Source: Nostoc sp. PCC 7120 = FACHB-418 (GTDB lineage Bacteria > Cyanobacteriota > Cyanobacteriia > Cyanobacteriales > Nostocaceae). Taken from it: a stretch of DNA of 32,000 bases. The notes under the pieces were generated by a model, which saw only the letters and a list, made by a program, of their open reading frames with translations, made no database searches and had not been told where the DNA came from. The stretch is from the NCBI RefSeq assembly GCF_000009705.1, contig NC_003240.1, forward strand, positions 1-32,000. Reading direction: 5' to 3'. Positions 15,846 through 24,603 of this stretch are shown piece after piece. The position numbers and the translations under genes are program-made. Numbering within the stretch: the stretch's first letter is position 1; every line of letters begins with the position of its first letter.

Positions 15846-16568
15846 ATGTCTGTTACTTTACCAACATTGATTCAAAAAGTCACAAATGCTTCATCAGTAA
15901 ACCAACTATGTGGACATTATATGGATGCAGCAGGAGAGTTGTTTGGCAGTCAACATTGGGGTATTTATATACATGACTGGGCCGGACAACAAGGTACTAT
16001 TCATCTCCAAGGCTTACCAGATAGTTTTATTGATTATTACTCTAAGGTTGGTGCAGCTTTAGATAAAGTGATGGAGTATGTTGTTTGCCATCATGCACCC
16101 GCCCACGAACAAATTATTTTCACGGAAGCTACTTGGAAGCAAAGTGAACTGTATCAAATTGGTTGTGGCAAAATATATGACCACGAACATATTATGACTG
16201 GGCCGATTGTTGGAGAAGGAAGGTTAATTGGTACAGTTCAATTTGCCCGCACTAGTGGAAATCCAGCTTATAATACGCAAGACTTGTTGCAATTGAGTGC
16301 CATCTGCGCCCATCTTTCTGCCAAATTAGCACTTTTACGCTCCCAACACGAGTTATTTGTGCCCAAACCGGAAATTTCTTTAACACCACGAGAATTGCAA
16401 ATGGCTGCTTTGGTAGCCAAAGGTCTGACAAATGCAGAAATTGCAGCCGAGTTATGGATTAGTCAAAATACTGTTAAGCAGACTTTAAAACGTATTTTTC
16501 GGAAGCTGGATGTATCTGCAAGAGCGGAAATGGTTGCACGGCTGCAATTAAGTAGGGTGTGCCATTAA
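15846..16568 (+). CDS. LuxR-family transcriptional regulator with an N-terminal sensory (GAF-like) domain
   Basis: The C-terminal LTPRELQMAALVAKGLTNAEIAAELWISQNTVKQTLKRIFRKLDV is a canonical LuxR/GerE HTH. The ATG at 15846 is preferred over the TTG at 15828. Confidence 0.75.
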   Translation: MSVTLPTLIQKVTNASSVNQLCGHYMDAAGELFGSQHWGIYIHDWAGQQGTIHLQGLPDSFIDYYSKVGAALDKVMEYVVCHHAPAHEQIIFTEATWKQSELYQIGCGKIYDHEHIMTGPIVGEGRLIGTVQFARTSGNPAYNTQDLLQLSAICAHLSAKLALLRSQHELFVPKPEISLTPRELQMAALVAKGLTNAEIAAELWISQNTVKQTLKRIFRKLDVSARAEMVARLQLSRVCH

Positions 16569-16707
16569 CAACTGGACTTTAGACTAAAATAGAGCACTTG
16601 CGCTTCCGCGCACCTAGAGGGGCAATCGCATCCTTGAGAAATTCCCTACTTGTATGAGCGATTTAGGAAAAATATTGAGTGTGAGAGTATTTTTCTAGAT
16701 TTTGTGT

Positions 16708-17280
16708 CTAAGTACCACTAGCATCAATCAATACAGACAAAGCATTTCTGGCATATTGCGCTCCAATGGGATTGCCCTCAATCGTTGCCATTAAACTAGC
16801 TCCCCCAATTAAAAGCAAATACTGCTGTGAAAAAGATTCCGGGTCGCGCACACCCGCTTGCTCTGCTAGCTGCATGATATAAGTGCGGATAGATTCTCTC
16901 AACTGAACTGAGACTTGATGAGCTGGATGAGAAGCATCAGCAATTTCTAAGACCGCATTGATAAATGGACAACCGCGAAAGTCAGGCAGAGCGTACCAAC
17001 CCTGGAGAACATCAAAGGTTGCCAGTAACCGCTCTTTAGGAGTGTTTCCTTGATCTGCAACTGCATTTTCAAACCAACGTAACCATTGAGCAGCACGATA
17101 TTTCATCACTTCTTCAATTAGTTGGTCTTTGGAAGAAAACCATCGGTAAAGGGTTCTTTTTGCTACACCAGACGCGGCAATGACTTCATTTATTCCTACG
17201 TGTTGAATTCCCTTCTGATAAAACAGCAGAGAAGCAGTTTCTAAAATTTGTTGACGTGCAGCACTTGATTCAGTAGTCAT
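16708..17280 (-). CDS. TetR-family transcriptional regulator
   Basis: The N-terminal ILETASLLFYQKGIQHVGINEVIAASGVAKRTLYRWFSSKDQLI is a TetR_N HTH. Confidence 0.85.
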   Translation of the reverse strand: MTTESSAARQQILETASLLFYQKGIQHVGINEVIAASGVAKRTLYRWFSSKDQLIEEVMKYRAAQWLRWFENAVADQGNTPKERLLATFDVLQGWYALPDFRGCPFINAVLEIADASHPAHQVSVQLRESIRTYIMQLAEQAGVRDPESFSQQYLLLIGGASLMATIEGNPIGAQYARNALSVLIDASGT

Positions 17281-17288
17281 AAATTTAG

Positions 17289-17351
17289 GTAGACAAGTTT
17301 GTCTCCATAGAGATATACTAGCACCTGTTCTCAGTAGACAATCTTGTCTAC
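17289..17351. promoter_or_regulatory. Two TetR-type palindromic operators in the divergent intergenic region
   Basis: GTAGACAA-TC-TTGTCTAC is a perfect 8+2+8 palindrome at 17334-17351. GTAGACAA-GT-TTGTCTCC matches 7 of 8 at 17289-17306. Their centres are 45 bp apart, between the TetR gene (-) and the AhpD-like gene (+). Confidence 0.65.
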
Positions 17352-17379
17352 TTGGGAGGTGATTAAGAGGAGTAAAGTA

Positions 17380-17940
17380 ATGGATTTTACGATTTATACC
17401 ATTGAAACTGCAAAAGAAGCCTCAAAAGAAGCTCTGCTCCATGCCAAAGAGACATTTGGTTTGATTCCAAATCTAGAGGGGATTCTTGCGGAATCTCCCG
17501 CCACCTTGAGGGGAGGCATGGCATTGTGGGATTTATTTGAAACAACCAGTTTTACGCCTATCGAACAACAGGTCATCTATCTGACTGCTAATTACGAACA
17601 TGACTGTCGCTACTGCATGGCAGCTCATTCAGGTTTAGCAAAAATGATTGGGATGACTCCCGAAGACATTGAGGCTCTGCGTCACGGGCAACCTTTAGCA
17701 GATCAGAAGTTACAAGCGTTGCGGCTGTTTACTAAGCGGATGATTGAGGCGCGAGGTTGGGTGAGTGAGCCAGAAATTGAAGAGTTCCTAGCAGCAGGTT
17801 ACACAAAGCAGCAGGTTTTGGAAGTCATTTTAGGAATTGCTGTAAAAATTATCCACAACTACACTAACCACATTGCTAAAACTCCTTTAGATAAGGCTTT
17901 TCAACCTTACGTTTGGTCAAAACCTGCGCCAGTTTCTTAA
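17380..17940 (+). CDS. Carboxymuconolactone decarboxylase (AhpD-like) family protein
   Basis: It has the CRYCMAAH (CxxC...H) motif of AhpD-like/CMD proteins. AGGAG at 17367-17371 precedes ATG 17380, which is preferred over the TTG at 17344. Confidence 0.7.
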   Translation: MDFTIYTIETAKEASKEALLHAKETFGLIPNLEGILAESPATLRGGMALWDLFETTSFTPIEQQVIYLTANYEHDCRYCMAAHSGLAKMIGMTPEDIEALRHGQPLADQKLQALRLFTKRMIEARGWVSEPEIEEFLAAGYTKQQVLEVILGIAVKIIHNYTNHIAKTPLDKAFQPYVWSKPAPVS

Positions 17941-18123
17941 TCAGAGCAGATTTGGCGAGTGCGGACTGTCAAAGTTCTCTAGTCCTGAGTTCGAGATGAT
18001 TGGCAGCCGCTCAACAAAATGTTTTTTTAATTTTGAACTTACTTGCTCAAAAGCTTGATTGACAAGGGTTTCATCTGCCAATGCAGTGTACATTTGTTGC
18101 GTAGATGTGATTGCGCTTTTTAG

Positions 18124-19605
18124 TTAAATAATTTCAAACGGGCTTCGGAAAGCATTAATTACTTTATCAAGTTCCTGAGCGATCGCTAATAACTCCATCT
18201 CACGCCACCGTTTGCCAACAACTTGCATTCCAATCGGTAGACCATCTTGAGTGTGTCCAATCGGAATCACTACCGCAGGATGTCCACTCAGATTAAATGG
18301 CATAGTGTAAGCTCCGTTTGCCACTGCATGAGGGTAGGGTCGGCCATCAATCTCAATAGCACTCCAAGCGGGACGATGGGTAAAGGCAGGGGTGGCAGCA
18401 ACAGGAGTGAGCCACGCATCCCACGGTTCTAATGCCTCATCCATTTGGGCAGTGAAGCAATCGCGCTCGGTAAGTACCTCAAAATATCCTTTCAGACGTG
18501 GGTTCAACAGGTCTGGTAGAAGGCGGCTAAAATCCCCCAATTTGCGGAGTTCTTTTTCCCCTTGGGTGGCGGTGCGAAAAATCTGCTGCCAACTGCGATG
18601 CAAGTTATATCGATCTACAGGTTGAGCGTAAATGTTGATGTATGCAGCCATCCGCCCGTAGAGGTTCAGTGTTTTTGATAGGTCAAAATTTTTGGGAAGC
18701 CAGGGTTCAATTTGGACACCTGCTTGAGTCAGGGTGTGTGCGATCGCAGTCATCGCCACTTGAATTTCAGACGCAACAGGAACCTCTACCCATTCATCGA
18801 GCCAAGCAATTTTGAGATTCTGCAAAGACTTACCAGAAGGGTTATCAAGAGGAATTGGCGGCACATCAGGACGGCGAAGATCAGAGCCTGCAATCAAGGA
18901 GAAGCACAGCCGGATATCTTCGAGCGATCGCGCAAAACAACCCACTGTCATCATTTGCCGAAGACACACTGGCATTCCAGGTACTTCTGGAATTTGTCCT
19001 GCTGTAGAAATGCGGCGATCCGTAGGTTTCAAACCATACACACCGCAGAAATGAGCAGGCTGACGCACTGAACCCGCAATATCGTTGCCTAAATCCAATG
19101 ACGATAACCCTGCTGCCACAGCCGCAGCACTCCCCCCAGAACTCCCGCCAGCAGTGTAGTCAAGATTCCAAGGATTATTGACTTGTGGAAAGAGGGAATT
19201 CGTACTTTGGTAATCGCCAGCTAGTTCCGCCATGTTTGTTTTTCCCAGGATGACTGCTCCTGCTGTCCGAAGTCTGGCAACGACGGTGGCATCTTGTTGA
19301 GGTACGTAGTCTTTGAGAGGGATGTAGCCTGCGGTGGTGAGCAACCCTGCGGTTTCAAAAATGTCTTTAATCGTGATGGGAACCCCATGTAAAGCACCCC
19401 AGTTTTCGCCTCTAGCTAAAGCCTCATCAGCCAGCCTAGCCCTAAGATAAGCATTTTCCTCATCCAGCGTGCAAATGGCATTTAACTTCGAGTTGTGTTT
19501 GGCGATTTGAGCCAAGTAAGCATTGAGAACTTCAACGGCAGAAACTTCGCGATTGCGAATCATTCGCGCCAGCTGATGGGCAGGAGCAAACGTCAGGCTA
19601 CTCAT
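18124..19605 (-). CDS. Amidase (amidase-signature family)
   Basis: It has the GGSSGGSAAAVAAG signature, the KD...T/S context (ITIKDIF) and an N-terminal SAVEVLNAYLAQI. The ATG at 19605 (MSSLTF...) is preferred. The GTG at 19647 would leave only 30 bp for two divergent promoters. Confidence 0.85.
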   Translation of the reverse strand: MSSLTFAPAHQLARMIRNREVSAVEVLNAYLAQIAKHNSKLNAICTLDEENAYLRARLADEALARGENWGALHGVPITIKDIFETAGLLTTAGYIPLKDYVPQQDATVVARLRTAGAVILGKTNMAELAGDYQSTNSLFPQVNNPWNLDYTAGGSSGGSAAAVAAGLSSLDLGNDIAGSVRQPAHFCGVYGLKPTDRRISTAGQIPEVPGMPVCLRQMMTVGCFARSLEDIRLCFSLIAGSDLRRPDVPPIPLDNPSGKSLQNLKIAWLDEWVEVPVASEIQVAMTAIAHTLTQAGVQIEPWLPKNFDLSKTLNLYGRMAAYINIYAQPVDRYNLHRSWQQIFRTATQGEKELRKLGDFSRLLPDLLNPRLKGYFEVLTERDCFTAQMDEALEPWDAWLTPVAATPAFTHRPAWSAIEIDGRPYPHAVANGAYTMPFNLSGHPAVVIPIGHTQDGLPIGMQVVGKRWREMELLAIAQELDKVINAFRSPFEII

Positions 19606-19650
19606 AGGCGTAGACAGGTAATTCTTGATAAAGTTAATTATATTCACTTT

Positions 19651-19669
19651 TAGTTAATTGCATTAACTA
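19651..19669. promoter_or_regulatory. 19-bp palindrome, candidate operator of the adjacent TetR regulator
   Basis: TAGTTAAT-TGC-ATTAACTA ends 9 nt upstream of the TetR ATG (19678). A half-site-like AAGTTAAT occurs at 19631-19638. Confidence 0.55.
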
Positions 19670-19677
19670 AATTCTTT

Positions 19678-20271
19678 ATGGGTCGTCCAGTCAAAGAAAA
19701 GTCCTTAACACAGCAGGATGTAATTAATGCTGCGATCGCCTGTCTCGATCAAGAAGGGGAAGCTGCTTTAGGTGTGAATCGGGTTGCAAGGGAATTAGGT
19801 ATTAAGCCTCCTGCGATTTACAAGCATCTAGATGGCAATTTAGCTTTGCGACGGGCAGTTGCACTTACCATTTGGCAGCAATATATTGAATGGTCTCGTC
19901 AACAAACCAACGGACTGGAAGATCCCCAAGCACTACTGCGGGCAGGGGGACGTGCGACGCGGGATTTTGCGCGGTCTTATCCCAACCGCTATCGAGTTAT
20001 GACCCAATTTCAACTCAATCTCCAAGATCCAGAAACTTCCCCACTGATTCAGGAAGTCTTCCACTTCCTCAAACGTGTGCTGCAATCCTACAATCTCAGC
20101 GAAACAAAATTAATTGATGCAATGCGAATGGTTAACGCAGCAATTACTGGTTTTATCGCCATCGAACAGGCTGGATTAATGACATTAGAACGTTCTACTG
20201 ATGCTAGTTATGAGGTGATGATAGACGCGTTAGTAGTTGCAATCCAACATATTCAAAAAGTTGACTCATGA
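19678..20271 (+). CDS. TetR-family transcriptional regulator
   Basis: The N-terminal VINAAIACLDQEGEAALGVNRVARELGIKPPAIYKHL is a TetR_N HTH. It is divergent from the amidase gene. Confidence 0.8.
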   Translation: MGRPVKEKSLTQQDVINAAIACLDQEGEAALGVNRVARELGIKPPAIYKHLDGNLALRRAVALTIWQQYIEWSRQQTNGLEDPQALLRAGGRATRDFARSYPNRYRVMTQFQLNLQDPETSPLIQEVFHFLKRVLQSYNLSETKLIDAMRMVNAAITGFIAIEQAGLMTLERSTDASYEVMIDALVVAIQHIQKVDS

Positions 20272-20434
20272 CGTATAACGACCAAGTTGAACTGACATTG
20301 AATTGTTTTTGCTGGCTAGCTTAACAACTCAACTCAATGATCTTTGCGATCGCCCTACCAACTATCTCAATACAAAACCCTCACTAATAAATTTCAAAAC
20401 TGATTAACGCTAATCGCTTTCACCAAATTATCTC

Positions 20435-21013
20435 TTAGTTCTTTCTTTGGACAAGATAGCCTTGGCGGTAATCACTCTTTTTTAATTTGGAAGCTTGACG
20501 TACAGACCACTGACGCATAGGAGTAACTTTCTCTACATGAAGTAGCTTCTGGCGATAAGTATTATTATCTGTCAGTTGGGCGATCGCACCAGCAATAAAT
20601 CGAGCGCAGCGTTCTGGTTGAGATGATACTTGTTCTTCTGCAAACCGGATAACCAGCCAGTTTGCATCGACAAAACACTTGTTTCTATAGTCATCCTCGC
20701 CGATACAGTGAGTGGGCTTGCCAGTCGCAAATGAGATAGGTTCATCAACCTCCAAGTCTATGTGTAAGCCAGTATTTGGTTCAATCAACAGAAAATCAGC
20801 CGTAAATGGTAGTCGATGCCCTGGTGGAAACATCACCTGCTGGGGAGAAACAATTTCACCAAAATAATGTTTGAGAACATTTTCAAACAGCCCCTCACTT
20901 GCCCCAATTGGTGCATCTCCTTGTCCAGATGGAAAAACTAATGGGGTAAACTGTTTTTTGTCTTTAACTAACTCTGGAATAACAACGATTGGATATTCCG
21001 GTGTCTTTGCCAT
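20435..21013 (-). CDS. PD-(D/E)xK-superfamily (DUF559/Vsr-like) endonuclease-domain protein
   Basis: FTADFLLIEPNTGLHIDLEVDEP...H...EDDYRNKCFVDANWLVIRFAEEQV follows the DUF559-type pattern (D...iE.D...H...D..R...L...GW.V.RF). The ATG at 21013 (MAKTPEYP) is preferred over the track start at 21055. Confidence 0.5.
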   Translation of the reverse strand: MAKTPEYPIVVIPELVKDKKQFTPLVFPSGQGDAPIGASEGLFENVLKHYFGEIVSPQQVMFPPGHRLPFTADFLLIEPNTGLHIDLEVDEPISFATGKPTHCIGEDDYRNKCFVDANWLVIRFAEEQVSSQPERCARFIAGAIAQLTDNNTYRQKLLHVEKVTPMRQWSVRQASKLKKSDYRQGYLVQRKN

Positions 21014-21115
21014 AACTAAAAATCGGAAAACTTGGAAAATCAGAGTTCTTGGCAATTATCTAAATTCACAACACCATTACACAATCAACAAAATACTGAA
21101 AATAAACCAACTTTT

Positions 21116-21144
21116 TTCTAATTTTTTGGATTTAGAAATTAGAA
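21116..21144. promoter_or_regulatory. 9-bp inverted repeat with an 11-nt spacer in a divergent promoter region
   Basis: TTCTAATTT (21116-21124) and AAATTAGAA (21136-21144) lie between the nuclease-like gene (-) and the AAA+ gene (+). Confidence 0.3.
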
Positions 21145-21212
21145 AATTATCAGTTATCGTACAGCATCCCTTCTAGATAAGATTGCTTCTGATTACGCTA
21201 CAAGCAACTAAG

Positions 21213-22850
21213 ATGAAGTCTAGCTTTGAGTATCTAGAAGACCTGCTTGCGGACAATTATCCAATCATCGCCTGTGAATCCCCCCTCCAAGAACGTCACC
21301 GCTTCCTCATTCGTCTTACTACTTCCTGTCAGCAAGTAGGTAAAAAAATCTATATATGGAATTTAAGCGAGGACAGTATTAAAGAATTAGCCGTCAGCAC
21401 CGAAAATAATCTTGTTTTTCAAGAATTTGAGGACTATAAACATTCTGTTAAACAAAATACAGAAGACTATTTTCAAGTACTCAATTTTTGGAGAGTTTAT
21501 TCTGGCACTGGAGTATTAATCGTTGAGAATATTTTTCCTTGGTTAAAAGAAAGCATAACTAAAGATACTGAATTTATTCTTCTATCAGAATGGATTAAGT
21601 CATCGCTAGTTAATCTAAAATTTCATACAAACAATAGTGATAAGACTACTATATTACTAGGAGCCAATGCCGAGATAGCAAGCGAAATAGTAGCAGAAAT
21701 ACCCCTTTGGAGTCAAGAATTACCAGATACACAAGAAATAATTGCTAGTTTAATCAGCAGTAATTTATTTCCTTTAATTTATACTGAACAAGATTATTTA
21801 GAAATTGCTAACGCTAGTGCTGGTCTGTATATTTCTGATATTATTCATTGCTTAACCGATATTAGAAAAAATCATGACTTAGGAAATTCCAGTGAGATAG
21901 CAAAGCTTCTATTAGCAAAAAAAATTCAACTGCTTAACCGCTTATATGACATCGAATTCTTACCTCCACCAAAAGTCCAACTTGGTGGGTTAGAACTCAT
22001 GCAGCAGTCATTCAAAAAGTTCAAGCGATTGCTTACCCCGCGTGCTAAACAATACAATCTGCGCGTACCAAAGGGGATTATGCTTGTGGGGCCACCGGGG
22101 ACAGGAAAATCACACTCAGCAAAAGCCTGTTCCCAGAATATGGGTATTCCCCTCATCATGGTCGATTGGGGCAACTTTAGAAGTTTTGGCAACCAAGCAG
22201 AAATGAAACTCAAACGCTTGTTGCGACTGGCAGATAGGCTCAACCAAGTAATTTTGTATTTCGACGACTTTGATAAAGGGTTCGCCGGGGATGATGACCT
22301 CGCCAAACGGCTGGCTGGTCAGCTGTTGACGTGGATGCAAGAGCGTATATCAGATGTACTGGTCATCGCGTCAGTTAACCGTATGGAATGGCTGCCACCC
22401 GAACTCACCCGTGCTGGACGGTTTGACTATTTATTTAAAGTAGACCTGCCGAATAATGGGGAAAGATATAGTATCTTCAAACTGCACGCCGCCCGGTTTG
22501 ACGAACGCTTTCGCAATGGCGGCGACCCTTGGAGTGAAGAACAGTGGCGCAGAATTCTTAAAGCCACCAATCGGTGTGTAGGTGCAGAAATCCAGACAAT
22601 TGTAGAACGCGCCGCTAGTACGATATTCTGCGAAACCATAACAGAAGATACCTACTCAGAAAGCCAACTCCCAGCACTGGAACTAACAATCGAGGCATTA
22701 CTAGAAGAACGCCGTCAGATTAACCCGCTTGCCATCCGCGAAGCCGATAGAGTCGAATCGATGCGTAACAAAGCTGACCAACAAGCTTTACCTAGTAGTC
22801 CCCTAGACGAAAGCAAATTTGCTGTTGGCAACATTGATATTTTCAGCTAG
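21213..22850 (+). CDS. AAA+ ATPase (classic FtsH/Cdc48-type module) with an unrecognised ~290-aa N-terminal domain
   Basis: Walker A is GIMLVGPPGTGKSHSAKA and Walker B is VILYFDDFDK. The sensor and arginine-finger region is SVNRMEWLPPELTRAGRFDYLFKVDLPNNGERYSIF. The ATG at 21213 is preferred over the TTG at 21183. Confidence 0.85.
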   Translation: MKSSFEYLEDLLADNYPIIACESPLQERHRFLIRLTTSCQQVGKKIYIWNLSEDSIKELAVSTENNLVFQEFEDYKHSVKQNTEDYFQVLNFWRVYSGTGVLIVENIFPWLKESITKDTEFILLSEWIKSSLVNLKFHTNNSDKTTILLGANAEIASEIVAEIPLWSQELPDTQEIIASLISSNLFPLIYTEQDYLEIANASAGLYISDIIHCLTDIRKNHDLGNSSEIAKLLLAKKIQLLNRLYDIEFLPPPKVQLGGLELMQQSFKKFKRLLTPRAKQYNLRVPKGIMLVGPPGTGKSHSAKACSQNMGIPLIMVDWGNFRSFGNQAEMKLKRLLRLADRLNQVILYFDDFDKGFAGDDDLAKRLAGQLLTWMQERISDVLVIASVNRMEWLPPELTRAGRFDYLFKVDLPNNGERYSIFKLHAARFDERFRNGGDPWSEEQWRRILKATNRCVGAEIQTIVERAASTIFCETITEDTYSESQLPALELTIEALLEERRQINPLAIREADRVESMRNKADQQALPSSPLDESKFAVGNIDIFS

Positions 22851-22974
22851 CACACATCATAAATCAATTCAAAGTTTCATCATGTTTGGACGAAAGCAAA
22901 TGTAACCAAAACATTTCAACTGTTTATAATCCTTACTATTTCTAAACACTTTACTACCTTATTTAGCTAAAACT

Positions 22975-23541
22975 ATGGAAGTCACAAGACAAACTGCTCA
23001 AACCAACATTCAAACTAAACAATCACAAAATCCAGAAAAAAGCCTATTTTACAAATTCATCAAATTTATCAAATTTGTTGGGCCAATTGCTGGTTTTACT
23101 GCTGCCCTCTCACCCCTACCGCTATACTTTTGGACTCGCCAGCCCCAGTATTTACCTATTGGCGCAACCTTTACCAGTAACAATCAAACAGTTCAACTCG
23201 AATTAGCAGACGATAGAAAAGAATATGCCCACGGACTCAAATTTCGTAATTCGATTCCTGAGAATCACGGAATGTTATTTGTCCTTAACAAACCTGAAAA
23301 AGTTAAACTTTGGATGAAAGATACGTATATTCCTTTAGATATGATATTCCTCAAAGATGGAGTTATCAAATCAATCGTAGAAGCAGTTCCCCCTTGCAAA
23401 ACCAAAACCTGTCCTAAATATGATTCAATTTATCCTGTTAACCAGGTTATTGAATTACCTGCTAACAGTACTAAAACCCTGAATCTCAAAGTAGGTAAGA
23501 AACTCCAACTCAATTTCAACCCAAACAAAACGCAGAATTAG
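22975..23541 (+). CDS. DUF192-domain protein with an N-terminal membrane anchor or signal
   Basis: HGLKFRNSIPENHGMLFVLNKPEKVKLWMKDTYIPLDMIFL matches the DUF192 (COG1430) core (GLM.r..l....GMLF.f......fWMknt..pLDi.f). There is an N-terminal hydrophobic segment, FVGPIAGFTAALSPLPLYFW. Confidence 0.6.
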   Translation: MEVTRQTAQTNIQTKQSQNPEKSLFYKFIKFIKFVGPIAGFTAALSPLPLYFWTRQPQYLPIGATFTSNNQTVQLELADDRKEYAHGLKFRNSIPENHGMLFVLNKPEKVKLWMKDTYIPLDMIFLKDGVIKSIVEAVPPCKTKTCPKYDSIYPVNQVIELPANSTKTLNLKVGKKLQLNFNPNKTQN

Positions 23542-23613
23542 TTGCCGGAGAGTTTATCCATCACAACAACCTAGCGGTAAACAACCGTAATTACACTACC
23601 TCATATATCAATC

Positions 23614-23648
23614 TTTGACCCCCGATATAGGCTATATCGGGGGTCAAA
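23614..23648. other. Perfect 16-bp stem / 3-nt loop hairpin (terminator or oriT-type inverted repeat candidate)
   Basis: TTTGACCCCCGATATA-GGC-TATATCGGGGGTCAAA. It lies 73 nt after the DUF192 stop and 266 nt before the first T4SS gene. No T-run follows it. Confidence 0.4.
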
Positions 23649-23652
23649 CATT

Positions 23653-23793
23653 ATGAAATCAATCACTGATTTAATTATTGGAACTTGTCAAGCAAATTTG
23701 CCTGAGTTTTCACTGAATGATTTACTGAAAAACATAGTGTCTAAAAATAGAAAATTTTTAGATGATTTCACGGTTATTAATCTCATAAAATAA
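23653..23793 (+). CDS. Possible small ORF (46 aa), hypothetical
   Basis: It reads MKSITDLIIGTCQANLPEFSLNDLLKNIVSKNRKFLDDFTVINLIK. It is below the track cutoff and I recognise no family. Confidence 0.15.
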   Translation: MKSITDLIIGTCQANLPEFSLNDLLKNIVSKNRKFLDDFTVINLIK

Positions 23794-23913
23794 TTTCACA
23801 AGTGAGAAGTTGGAGCAGATATTTACTCCAATTAAAACTTAGGTAAAAAGCAGTAATTCAGCCTTAATTACCCCTACAAAGTTTCATCCAGTAATTTCTG
23901 AAATAATCTTTTT

Positions 23914-24510
23914 ATGAAAATAGACTACGAATCTGATTTTGGCAGCGATCGCATTCCTTCCTACGAAGAATACGGATACCCCGCTCCCACCCGTCGCCGT
24001 CGCAACTGGAAAGAAAACGCCAGCATCACCGGACTAATGGCAGTTGGTACTGGTTTGATGATTGCAGATATCTCACTCCACCACATGGTGATGGCATCAC
24101 TCGCGTTTGGAACTGGCATTGTAGCGTTACTACCCAAGGAAGCAAACTTGCTACTTTCCAACTTTGAGAAATGGCAGCGCAAGTATGGCATCAATATTTA
24201 TACTGTTCTGTTCTGCTTGGTAGGTGTAGTATTTATGTTGGATATCGCCACTGCACCCGCAAACGCCCAGTTTATGCAAAACGCAGAGGACTTCTTCACA
24301 GAATACTTTACTGGTGTCAATGAAGATATTATTAGGTACGTATTTGCGGTACTGCGCGGTTTGTTCCTAATTTATCTGGGTATTGGTCTTATTAGGGTTG
24401 TTCAAGCAGCCAGAAACGACGAAGATTGGCAAACGATCGCCCGTACACCAATTATCGTTGCCCTCACAGTTGTAGTCGGAGACTTGCTCGCAGGACTGGT
24501 AACAGGCTGA
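23914..24510 (+). CDS. Polytopic membrane protein; the C-terminal ~80 aa resemble a VirB2/TrbC-type pilin with a very long leader
   Basis: There is an ATAPANA|QF signal-peptidase-like site. Two hydrophobic helices follow (IIRYVFAVLRGLFLIYLGIGLIRVV and TPIIVALTVVVGDLLAGLVTG), separated by the charged loop QAARNDEDWQTIAR. It is the first gene of the T4SS cluster. Confidence 0.4.
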   Translation: MKIDYESDFGSDRIPSYEEYGYPAPTRRRRNWKENASITGLMAVGTGLMIADISLHHMVMASLAFGTGIVALLPKEANLLLSNFEKWQRKYGINIYTVLFCLVGVVFMLDIATAPANAQFMQNAEDFFTEYFTGVNEDIIRYVFAVLRGLFLIYLGIGLIRVVQAARNDEDWQTIARTPIIVALTVVVGDLLAGLVTG

Positions 24511-24603
24511 TACGTCACTCGTCAAAAAAGCCACCACGAGTGGCACAATTCCACAAGTGCCACTCATCAAAATTTCAACAACTGACTTTTGTCTTTCGTA
24601 ATA

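Noticed and set aside
15402-15976. ORFs 15402..15653 (+) and 15737..15976 (+)
   Set aside because: The first is antisense inside the DJ-1/PfpI gene. The second overlaps the LuxR start region in another frame. Neither has motifs.
18247-19071. Plus-strand ORFs inside the amidase gene (18247..18432, 18392..18625, 18712..19071, 18812..19054)
   Set aside because: They are antisense to an ORF carrying the unambiguous GGSSGGS amidase signature. The peptides are Arg/Ser-rich, typical of antisense GC-biased frames.
21926-22639. Minus-strand ORFs inside the AAA+ gene (21926..22306, 22116..22340, 22427..22639)
   Set aside because: They are antisense to the Walker A/B-containing frame.
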